Below are positions 38,147-46,150 of a DNA stretch of 64,000 bases, piece by piece. This DNA comes from a virus. The position numbers and the translations under genes were made by a program. Each line of letters opens with the position of its first letter. The stretch's first letter is position 1. The notes below the pieces were generated by a model. It was not told the origin of the DNA, did not search any database, and saw only the letters and a program-made list of their open reading frames with translations. The stretch covers positions 1-64,000 of the IMG/VR virus record IMGVR_UViG_3300044815_000165; one strand, written 5' to 3'.

Positions 38147-39613
38147 GTGACGGAACGTCGTGCCACCGTGACCATGCTCAGCAACGTGCGGTGCGTGGTC
38201 GACTTCAAGTACCCGGGGTTGGAAGCGAAGGCAGCGGAGAAGGAGCGCACGCGGATCGTCAACCTGCTCGACGACGCGCTCGCGATCGAGAACAAGGGTG
38301 CGCACTTCAACCCGACCGTCCAGAAGGGTCTCTGGGACGGCCGGCGTCACATGTTCTACAAGGACGGCTGCACCTTCGCGAAGGGTCTCATGCCTCGCCT
38401 GAAGAGCCTGTTGCGCGACGCGGGCTACAAGATCATGAAGACGAAGGACGAGCGCAAGAACGTCCCGACGGAGGTCGACCTCTCCATCGTGCAGCCCGAC
38501 ATGCTCGCGACGATCACGCTGCGCCCGGACCAGCTCCGCGTGATCAAGACGGCGCTGCGCAAGGGCTGCGGTCTTCTCCACGTCGCGACGGGCGGTGGCA
38601 AGAGCGCCGACGCGACCGCGATCATCAAGACCCTGATCGACAAGCGAAGCCTGTTCCTGGTCCACACGAAGCAGCTCCTCGGTCAGGCACGCAAGGAGAT
38701 CGCGAAGTTCCTCGGCACGATCGAGGAGTACATCGGCATCATCGGCGACGGCAACTTCAACCCGAAGCACATCACGGTCGCCACCGTGCAGAGCTTGTCG
38801 CGCGTCACGCGTGCCGATCAGAAGAAGATCATCGCGAAGTACCTCAAGACGATCGAGGTGCTCATCCTCGACGAGTGCCACCACTCGTCGGCGAAGTCGT
38901 TCTACAAGCTCCTGCAGCGGATCGACGCGCCGTGGCGCTACGGCTTGTCCGGCACGCCGTTCGGGCTCGCTGACGGCAAGGGGCTGATGGTGGAGGCCGC
39001 GTTCGGGCCGGTGTTCGAGCGCGTCACGAACGACGAACTGATCCAGCTCGGCATCAACGCCAAGCCGACGATCCGGATGATCGAGTCGAGCGTGCCGAAG
39101 CTCGACTCCGGGCTCGACTGGCAGAGCGTCTACAAGGAGGGGATCGTCCTCAACACCGCGCGGAACATCCTCGTCGCCAACCACGCCGCCGCGTTCGCGA
39201 AGAAGAAGTGGCCGACGCTCGTGATCGTCCGCGAGCTGTGGCACGGCGACAACCTGGCCGAGCTGCTCCGTGATCGCAGCGTCGCGCACGCGTTCGTTCA
39301 CGGACAGATGTCGACCACCGAGGTCGAGCGTCAGAAGGTGAGGCTGACCGAGGGCAAGATCCACGTGCTCATCGCGTCGCCGATCTTCGGCGAGGGTGTC
39401 GACATCCCGTCGGTGCGCGCGCTCATCGTGGCAGACGGCGGGCAGTCGACCGCGGCGGTGCTGCAGAAGGTTGGACGTGGTCTCCGATCGAAGAAGGGTG
39501 ACAACCGTCTCGACGTCATCGACTTCGCAGACACCACGCACAAGTGGTTAGCCAAGCACAGCCAGGAACGGATCGCACTCTACGAAGGCGAAGGTTTTGA
39601 AGTCTTGATGTGA
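38147..39613 (+). CDS. Superfamily 2 DEAH helicase (UvsW-like)
   Basis: ATGGGKS, LDECHH, GLSGTP, FGEGVDIP, QKVGRGLR. Confidence 0.92.
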   Translation: MTERRATVTMLSNVRCVVDFKYPGLEAKAAEKERTRIVNLLDDALAIENKGAHFNPTVQKGLWDGRRHMFYKDGCTFAKGLMPRLKSLLRDAGYKIMKTKDERKNVPTEVDLSIVQPDMLATITLRPDQLRVIKTALRKGCGLLHVATGGGKSADATAIIKTLIDKRSLFLVHTKQLLGQARKEIAKFLGTIEEYIGIIGDGNFNPKHITVATVQSLSRVTRADQKKIIAKYLKTIEVLILDECHHSSAKSFYKLLQRIDAPWRYGLSGTPFGLADGKGLMVEAAFGPVFERVTNDELIQLGINAKPTIRMIESSVPKLDSGLDWQSVYKEGIVLNTARNILVANHAAAFAKKKWPTLVIVRELWHGDNLAELLRDRSVAHAFVHGQMSTTEVERQKVRLTEGKIHVLIASPIFGEGVDIPSVRALIVADGGQSTAAVLQKVGRGLRSKKGDNRLDVIDFADTTHKWLAKHSQERIALYEGEGFEVLM

Positions 39614-39695
39614 TCTCTCGCGCGAACGAATCAGCAGAACCTGGCTTGCAAGCATCTTGACCTTCGTTGCTCTGCCGCGCTAAAAGGGACGTTCG

Positions 39696-40268
39696 ATGGT
39701 CACGCGCTCCAAGGTATCTGAGAAGCGCACCGTAGCCCAAGATCTCTGTGTCCTCTACCACGAGGCAGTTCGCAGCGTAGTTGCCCGCGAGACGAAGGCG
39801 AGCGCGACGCGCATCATGCCGACGCGCACTCTCGACGAGGTCGATGCTTCCGCGCGGAAGGCATTCCTCTCCGCCGCAACCATCTGCATCGAACTCGGTG
39901 CTGATGCGCGCGACTTCATCGCCGCGCAGTTCGCGTTGTGGCGCGAGGCATCGGCCTTCCACAAGAGGTTGCTGATGCCGTCGCCGCAGCACATGGCGAC
40001 GCTCGCCGCGCGCGTGCGCTACCTCCAGCATCAGGCACGCGAACAGATCCGCGTCTCGCGCGTGATCACACGCGACGACGACGGCGGAGACTCCACGAAG
40101 AAGTGGTTCGTCGAGGAGCGCCGATTGAAGGGTCTCGCACGCATGCAGCGGCGCGATCCACTCGAGGTGCTGACCGAGCAGCCGGAGCAGTTCTCGCGTG
40201 AGTTCCTGAAGTACAAGGATGTCTGGAACGTCGTGAAGGACGTCTGGGAAGAGCGAGAGCACTCGTGA
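39696..40268 (+). CDS. Hypothetical replication-module protein (possible helicase loader/initiator)
   Basis: Helical 190-aa ORF between SF2 helicase and DnaB; function inferred from position only. Confidence 0.55.
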   Translation: MVTRSKVSEKRTVAQDLCVLYHEAVRSVVARETKASATRIMPTRTLDEVDASARKAFLSAATICIELGADARDFIAAQFALWREASAFHKRLLMPSPQHMATLAARVRYLQHQAREQIRVSRVITRDDDGGDSTKKWFVEERRLKGLARMQRRDPLEVLTEQPEQFSREFLKYKDVWNVVKDVWEEREHS

Positions 40269-40834
40269 AGGAAATCAACAAGCGACACCTCGCGGCGTGG
40301 AACGTCGGGAAGAAGATCTTCGGGTACACCGGAGATCTGCCGAAGCCTCGCGGACTCCTGATCGGTGAAGCGCCGGGACCGAACACGAACGCGAAGCTCC
40401 CGCTGTTTCCGAGCCCTGCAGGCAGCGCCGCCGGCAGACTTCTCAGCTACGCGAACATCCACGCGATGGAGTGGATGGGGAAGCTCGTGCGCGTCAACCA
40501 GTGTGGAGACGAGCAGTGGTCGAGCCGTGCCGCGTGCGCCGGCCGCGTCGCGGCGACATCGTTCTTTCTCGATCCGAAGAACTTCCACGACGGCAAGCCG
40601 CTGCGTGTGCTCCTCCTCGGCGCGGATGTCGCGCGCGCATGGTCTTGCTACGGACCCTTCGGGAAGGTGACCTGGATCTTCTCCGACAAGGGAGACATGA
40701 CGGATGCCGTTCGTGTCGAGGTCGCGTGGATCCCGCACCCGTCGGGACGAAACCTGATCTACAACGAGCGCAAGAACCAGCTGCGTGCTGGTCGCGCCGT
40801 TCGGTGGGCGATCGGAGAGCGTGATCAACCGTGA
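40265..40834 (+). CDS. Uracil-DNA glycosylase-like superfamily protein
   Basis: LLIGEAPG, AGSAAGRL, VLLLGADVA, IPHPSGRN. Confidence 0.8.
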   Translation: MKEINKRHLAAWNVGKKIFGYTGDLPKPRGLLIGEAPGPNTNAKLPLFPSPAGSAAGRLLSYANIHAMEWMGKLVRVNQCGDEQWSSRAACAGRVAATSFFLDPKNFHDGKPLRVLLLGADVARAWSCYGPFGKVTWIFSDKGDMTDAVRVEVAWIPHPSGRNLIYNERKNQLRAGRAVRWAIGERDQP

Positions 40835-41340
40835 AGCAACGATCTCAGTTTGACGCGGTCGCCGAGGAGGTCACTGCGGCGCCTTCGTGGAAGGTCATCC
40901 AACGATTCTGGTCAAGGATCAACAAAAACGGACCGAAGCAACCGCACATGAAGACGTGTTGTTGGATTTGGACTGCTGGAACCGCAAACGGGTATGGCGT
41001 GATCTGGTGCAACGGTCAGACTCGACGTGCAACGCATCTCGCATTCTTCCTATCACATGGACGATGGCCGAATCCATGCGCACTGCATCGCTGCGATGTT
41101 CCAGCATGCGTGCGGCACATTTTTGAAGGAACTCGACAAGAAAATATGGTCGACATGATCCGCAAGGGTCGCGATCGCAAGGCTGTTGGAGAGCGCGCAT
41201 CACGCACCAAGTTGACAACGGCGCAGGTGAAGGCGATCCGCCAAGAACGTGGATCATCTCGAGCGGTCGGCAAGAAATTTGGGGTTTCCCACACCGCAGT
41301 GGTTTTGATCCGTAATGGATCAACATGGAGTCATGTGTGA
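40831..41340 (+). CDS. HNH homing endonuclease with C-terminal HTH
   Basis: RFWSRI..CWIWT..GYG..ALHRCDVPACV.HIFEGTRQENMVD..KLT..QV..IR..FGVS; AT-rich relative to flanks. Confidence 0.9.
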   Translation: MKQRSQFDAVAEEVTAAPSWKVIQRFWSRINKNGPKQPHMKTCCWIWTAGTANGYGVIWCNGQTRRATHLAFFLSHGRWPNPCALHRCDVPACVRHIFEGTRQENMVDMIRKGRDRKAVGERASRTKLTTAQVKAIRQERGSSRAVGKKFGVSHTAVVLIRNGSTWSHV

Positions 41341-42650
41341 TCGACGACGAAGTCAAGAAACCTTCGTGGTCGATCGACTACGGCAAGGACTTCGAGCGGC
41401 GGATGCTTCGCGTGCTCTACGCGGACCAGGAGTTCGCGACGACGACCGGCCTGCATCTCAGCCACGAGCACTTCAGCACGCCGGGGCTGCGCTGGCTCGC
41501 GCAGAAGATCGTTGGGTACGTCAAGGAGCACGGCGTCGGCATCTCGAAGGACGCGCTCAACATCGAGCTGGACCGTGACGTCAAGATCGGACGCCTCACC
41601 AAGGCGAACGTCGAGAACGCGCGAGCGCTGGTCGACTCGGTCGACGTCGAGGTCAAGGATCGCAGCTACGTCCGCGGCGAGCTGTTCAAGTTCATCAAGA
41701 ACCAGACGGTAGACCGCGCGATCCGCGCGAGCATCGATCACCTCGACGCGCAGGACTTCGAGTCCGTCGATCGCGAGCTGCAGAAGGTTCTTGACGTCCA
41801 GACGTCGGCGATGAACGGGCTCGGGCACTTCTTCGTCCGCGATCGCGGGATCCGACGCGAGCGCCGCAAGGAGTACAAGTTCGACGGGATCTCGACGGGG
41901 CTGTTCCTGGACGAGAAACTCAAGCCCAAGGGGATCCCGCCGAAGTCGCTGCTGACCGTGGTCGCACCGTCCGGCGTCGGCAAGAGTTCGACCCTGATGT
42001 ACATGGCGCGCAGCGCGGTCATGAACAGCGAGGCGAAGGTCCTCTACATCACCACCGAGCTGTCCGAGGAGGTGGTCTGCGATCGCCTCGACGCGTCGTT
42101 CACCGGCATCTCGATCGGCATGCTCGAGAAGGAGCGCAAGCTCGTCAGCGGCAAGGTCCGCAACCTCGGCAAGAAGTTCGGCGAGTTCCTGGTGGTGAAG
42201 GAGTTCCCACCGGGCATGCTCACGCCGAACGGGCTGCACGCGTACATCCGGCAGCTGGAACGTGTGCCGTTCTACCCGGACGTCATCTACGTCGACTCGG
42301 CCGACGACATGGTCCCGGACAACCCGGGCCGCGAGCGCGACTCGTACGAGGACTATGGCTCCGTGTGGCGTGGTCTGCGCAAGCTCAGCTACGACGTCCG
42401 CGCGCCCGTGGCGACGGCCTCGCAGACGGGACGCGGCGCGCTCAACAAGGAGCACGTGGACTGGGACCAGATCGCAGATTCGGCAAAGAAGGTGATGGTG
42501 AGCGACGTGGTACTCATCCTCCAGCAGACGCGCGAGGAACACCGTCAGAAAGTTGGTCGTTTCTACATCGCCAAGAACAGGTTCGGTTCAGCGAAGTCCG
42601 AGTGGAAGGTTAGACTAGACTGGGGTCTGGTCGACATCAGGAACATCTAG
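41337..42650 (+). CDS. dnaB: Replicative DnaB-like helicase
   Basis: APSGVGKS, YITTELSE, VIYVDSADDM, TASQTGR, IAKNRFG. Confidence 0.9.
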   Translation: MIDDEVKKPSWSIDYGKDFERRMLRVLYADQEFATTTGLHLSHEHFSTPGLRWLAQKIVGYVKEHGVGISKDALNIELDRDVKIGRLTKANVENARALVDSVDVEVKDRSYVRGELFKFIKNQTVDRAIRASIDHLDAQDFESVDRELQKVLDVQTSAMNGLGHFFVRDRGIRRERRKEYKFDGISTGLFLDEKLKPKGIPPKSLLTVVAPSGVGKSSTLMYMARSAVMNSEAKVLYITTELSEEVVCDRLDASFTGISIGMLEKERKLVSGKVRNLGKKFGEFLVVKEFPPGMLTPNGLHAYIRQLERVPFYPDVIYVDSADDMVPDNPGRERDSYEDYGSVWRGLRKLSYDVRAPVATASQTGRGALNKEHVDWDQIADSAKKVMVSDVVLILQQTREEHRQKVGRFYIAKNRFGSAKSEWKVRLDWGLVDIRNI

Positions 42651-42661
42651 AGGAGTTGAAG

Positions 42662-43309
42662 ATGAACAAGAAGAAGAAAACTACCAAGCTGCAGGTCACG
42701 CCTGCCGTTCAACAAGATCACGTTTCCATCTCGCTCCAAGAATTCCACGCCTTCCAGGCGCGCGAGGGCGCCTTCGCGCACGCGACGGAGGCCAACATCA
42801 AGCTCGAGATGGAACGGAAGATCCTCTCGGACACGGTGTCGAACCAGCTGCAGTTGCTCACCGTGAAGGACCTGAAGGTGCTGCACCTCGAGCGCGTCGC
42901 GCTCCTGCAGGATGCACTCCTCGAGCACTTCAAGGACACGACGAAGGTCATGGAGATGGCCGAGATGTCGGAGTTCTGGAAGCAGTGGCAGATCCAGACG
43001 AAGAAGGCGACCGACTCCGGCACGCCGGTCGAGGCGATCGCGAAGATCACGCCGAACATCTTCAAGACCTGGGAGATCTGGCTGCGCGACGCCGGCAAGG
43101 TCGACCGCTCCATGACCACGTCTGGTTCGCGTGCCGAACGTGATAACACCAAGCCGCAGACGCAGGGCGAGATGCAGGCGCACACCATCCGCCGTCTGCG
43201 CGAGGACAACTTCAATCTCGAGCGTCGCGCGGAGCAGCTCCACACCGAGCTGGAAGCGATCAAGGAACAGCTGCTCGCGAACGCCAAGTCGGACGACGCG
43301 AAGACCTGA
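42662..43309 (+). CDS. Hypothetical coiled-coil protein
   Basis: GAGGAG RBS; helical; stop overlaps primase start. Confidence 0.6.
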   Translation: MNKKKKTTKLQVTPAVQQDHVSISLQEFHAFQAREGAFAHATEANIKLEMERKILSDTVSNQLQLLTVKDLKVLHLERVALLQDALLEHFKDTTKVMEMAEMSEFWKQWQIQTKKATDSGTPVEAIAKITPNIFKTWEIWLRDAGKVDRSMTTSGSRAERDNTKPQTQGEMQAHTIRRLREDNFNLERRAEQLHTELEAIKEQLLANAKSDDAKT

Positions 43310-44322
43310 TGAACCTCCGCGCCATCGATCGAGCGTTCGACACCGAGCGCTACGTGCTCGACACGTTCCCCGATGCGCAGCGCAGCGGTGGCAACCTCGT
43401 GTGCATCTGCCCCGCGTGCGAGAAGCCGAAGCTCTGGGTGCTCGTCGTGGACCGCGACGACATCCGTGCACCAGCGTGGCAGTGCTTCGGCTGCGGCGAC
43501 GCGGGACGCACGGCGGTGTCCCTGGTGCGGCGTGTCGAGGACTGCGACATGTTCCGCGCGTTCGAGCTGATCGTGCAGTTCAAGAAGGGCAACGAGCCTC
43601 TCATCGACCTCCGCCGGCTCGTGGAAGAGCGCCTGCTCGGCGAACCCGAGGCATGGACGGCCGAGCCTGCTAAGGTCCCGCTCCCCGACGAGTTCATCGC
43701 CTGCCAGCGCGGGTACACGCGATCCGACCTGCCTCGCTACTTCACCGAGCGCGGCATCGGTCCGAAGAAGGCGTACCGCTACGGGCTCGGGTGGTGCGAC
43801 GACGGGTACTTCAAGAAGCGCATGGTGATCCCCGTGACCGCTGCCGGCGAAGTCCAGTTCTTCGTCGCGCGGTACATGAAGGCGAAGCCGCCGGAGGGTG
43901 TCAAGAAGACGCTCTATCCGAAGGGCGCGAAGCCCGGACGGTACCTGTACAACTACGAGCGCGCGAAGCACTGCGATACGATCCGCGTGGTCGAGGGCGT
44001 GCTCGACGCGATCCACGTCGGCAAGTCGGCGGTTGCCACCTTCGGCACCTCCCTCAGCCAGTACCAGCTCGAGCTGCTCATGCACACGGGTGCGCGCGAG
44101 ATCGTCATCATGTGGGACCGCGACGCGATCGGAAAGGCGAAGCAGCTCGCCGACCGCCTCGCTGACCTGTGGAGCATCCGCGTGGTCGAGCTGCCAGATG
44201 CCCGCGATCCAGACGAGCACACGATGGAGGACCTGATGGAGATGGAGCAACGCGCCACCGTGCTCGACACGTCGGGCGCGCGCCGCGCGTACGTGATCAG
44301 CCGACTCGAGAGGCACGCGTGA
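43309..44322 (+). CDS. dnaG: DNA primase (Zn finger + TOPRIM)
   Basis: CPAC..WQCFGC, YFTERGI, RMVIP, VVEGVLDAI, WDRD, DPDE. Confidence 0.92.
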   Translation: MNLRAIDRAFDTERYVLDTFPDAQRSGGNLVCICPACEKPKLWVLVVDRDDIRAPAWQCFGCGDAGRTAVSLVRRVEDCDMFRAFELIVQFKKGNEPLIDLRRLVEERLLGEPEAWTAEPAKVPLPDEFIACQRGYTRSDLPRYFTERGIGPKKAYRYGLGWCDDGYFKKRMVIPVTAAGEVQFFVARYMKAKPPEGVKKTLYPKGAKPGRYLYNYERAKHCDTIRVVEGVLDAIHVGKSAVATFGTSLSQYQLELLMHTGAREIVIMWDRDAIGKAKQLADRLADLWSIRVVELPDARDPDEHTMEDLMEMEQRATVLDTSGARRAYVISRLERHA

Positions 44323-44447
44323 AGCCCGACGACGTGCGCCGCATCCTCCAGCAGGAAGACGACGTGTCAGAGCCTCCGCTTATGCTGCTCGTGGTCCTGG
44401 CGGTGATCGCGGTGGTCCTCGTTGCATACGCGATGATGACGACGTGA
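44319..44447 (+). CDS. Small single-pass membrane protein
   Basis: GTGA overlap; LMLLVVLAVIAVVLVAYAMM. Confidence 0.5.
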   Translation: MKPDDVRRILQQEDDVSEPPLMLLVVLAVIAVVLVAYAMMTT

Positions 44448-44457
44448 GGCATTTCGT

Positions 44458-44487
44458 GTTGACAATGTCACCTAAAACCTGTAGGGT
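44458..44487 (+). promoter_or_regulatory. Sigma70-type promoter with palindromic operator (copy 2)
   Basis: GTTGACAATGTCACC; TTGACA-17-TAGGGT. Confidence 0.75.
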
Positions 44488-44495
44488 CGCGTCTT

Positions 44496-44687
44496 GTGTC
44501 AGAGAACAGCGATATCGAGACGGAGCAGTCGTCGTACGGGTTGAAGACTCGGGAACAAGCTGAGTCGATCCAAGCCCTGACCGAGCGCGGCCTCAAGCTA
44601 CGAGGTCAGCTCGGCAGCTACAGCTTCCGCATCGTCGAGCGATCGGACGGTCTCTTCGACCTCATCGTCTCCAAACGCGTCAACTAG
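44496..44687 (+). CDS. Hypothetical protein
   Basis: GTG 8 nt after -10 box; fills gap before next RBS. Confidence 0.5.
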   Translation: MSENSDIETEQSSYGLKTREQAESIQALTERGLKLRGQLGSYSFRIVERSDGLFDLIVSKRVN

Positions 44688-44696
44688 GAGCACAAC

Positions 44697-45554
44697 GTGA
44701 AAGCCAAGAAGAACAAGAAGACGGCGGCGAAGAAGACCAAGGCGAAGAAGCCGGCGACGCCGCCGAAGAAGACGAAGCCAGTTGCGAAGCCAGCGTCGGA
44801 GGACAAGGTCGCCAAGATGGCGCCGAAGAGCAATGCGGCGAAGGTGATCGCCGATGCCAAGAAGGCTGCACCGCCCAAGGAAAACGAGGATGAGATCATG
44901 GACCGCAGCGCGCTGAAGGCGATCGTCTCCCAGCTCAAAGAGATGGGCAGCGACATCAAGGCTCTCAAGAGCGACACCGACGAGATCCTCCAGAAGAAGG
45001 TGAACGAGGCGCTCCACGCGATGCCGAAGGAGGACGTGCTCAAGAAGCTCGAGAGCATCGTCCCGGACAAGCTCGTTACCATCCTCAAGCGCGACTGCCT
45101 CGGGATCTTCATCGACCTCTCTGACATCTCGTGCGTCCGCTGCAAGGACAACGTGACGTGCGCGCGCGAGTTCCTCAAGAACCTGAAGGGCGGGCTCGCG
45201 GACGTCACCAAGGCGCTGCCGGACGCGGTCGTCGAGAAGGAGCCGGAGAAGGCGAAGCTCTCCCCGGCCACGCGCTACGAGGCGAAGCGGTTGGTGTTCA
45301 TCCGCGACGTCCCGAACCCGAACCCGGTCGGCGACCCGATGCACGACATGCTGCAGGCGGTGCTCGACGAATCGCCCGACACGATGGGCGAGCTGCGCGA
45401 GATCGTGGAGCGCGACTTCGAGATCGAGTCCGACGCGGACTTCATGAAGTTCGTGACGAGCATGCGTGATCCCAAGGAGGGCATCATCAAGCTCGACGTC
45501 GACCTGAGCGAGAAGAACAAGGCCGAGCTGCGCGCAGCCGGCATCGACATCTGA
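44697..45554 (+). CDS. Hypothetical protein with K/A/P-rich histone-like N-terminus and 4-Cys motif
   Basis: AGGAG RBS; CLG..CVRCKDNVTC. Confidence 0.7.
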   Translation: MKAKKNKKTAAKKTKAKKPATPPKKTKPVAKPASEDKVAKMAPKSNAAKVIADAKKAAPPKENEDEIMDRSALKAIVSQLKEMGSDIKALKSDTDEILQKKVNEALHAMPKEDVLKKLESIVPDKLVTILKRDCLGIFIDLSDISCVRCKDNVTCAREFLKNLKGGLADVTKALPDAVVEKEPEKAKLSPATRYEAKRLVFIRDVPNPNPVGDPMHDMLQAVLDESPDTMGELREIVERDFEIESDADFMKFVTSMRDPKEGIIKLDVDLSEKNKAELRAAGIDI

Positions 45555-45636
45555 TCAACATCTCTACCTGAACTCCGGTGAGCGGCGTCCAGGCGAACCT
45601 GTCACAGATAACCAAAAGACAATCAGGAGAACGAAG

Positions 45637-46119
45637 ATGGCTAAGAAGACTCTGTTCACAGTGACGTTGCCGGCGACCGTGTCCGTGCTCGTCGAGGCTG
45701 GCGACGAGAAGGATGCCGTGACGGCGGCGATCGAGAAGGCGAAGGCCATCCTCGGTGCCTCGGCCGGCATCCTCAGCATCGTCGGTGACGCCAAGGCGAT
45801 CGCCGTCGGCGGTGGTGGCAAGAAGAAGGCGGACGACGCCGATGACGAGCCTGCTCCGAAGAAGAAGAAGGCGGTCGTCGAGGAAGAGCCGGAGGAGGAA
45901 GAGGAAGAAGAGGAGGAGGAAGAGGAAGAAGAGGAGGCTCCCAAGAAGAAGAAGAAAGCCGCCGCCGAGGAGGAAGAGGGAGAGGAAGAAGAAGAGGAGG
46001 AAGAGGAAGAAGAGGAGGAGGAGGAGCCGGCGCCCAAGAAGAAGAAGAAGACCGACGACGACGATGACGAGAAGAAGCCGGCGGGTAAGACCAAGATCAA
46101 GCTGAAGCTCAAGGGCTGA
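45637..46119 (+). CDS. Small domain plus block polyampholyte tail (poly-E / PKKKK)
   Basis: AGGAG RBS; VLVEAGDEKDA small fold; two long E tracts separated by K runs. Confidence 0.75.
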   Translation: MAKKTLFTVTLPATVSVLVEAGDEKDAVTAAIEKAKAILGASAGILSIVGDAKAIAVGGGGKKKADDADDEPAPKKKKAVVEEEPEEEEEEEEEEEEEEEAPKKKKKAAAEEEEGEEEEEEEEEEEEEEEPAPKKKKKTDDDDDEKKPAGKTKIKLKLKG

Positions 46120-46150
46120 TCTCGACACGTAGGAAAGCGAGACTCTGAAA

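Noticed and set aside
45850-46050. PKKKK motifs as eukaryotic nuclear localisation signals
   Set aside because: All context is bacteriophage; best explained as low-complexity charge blocks
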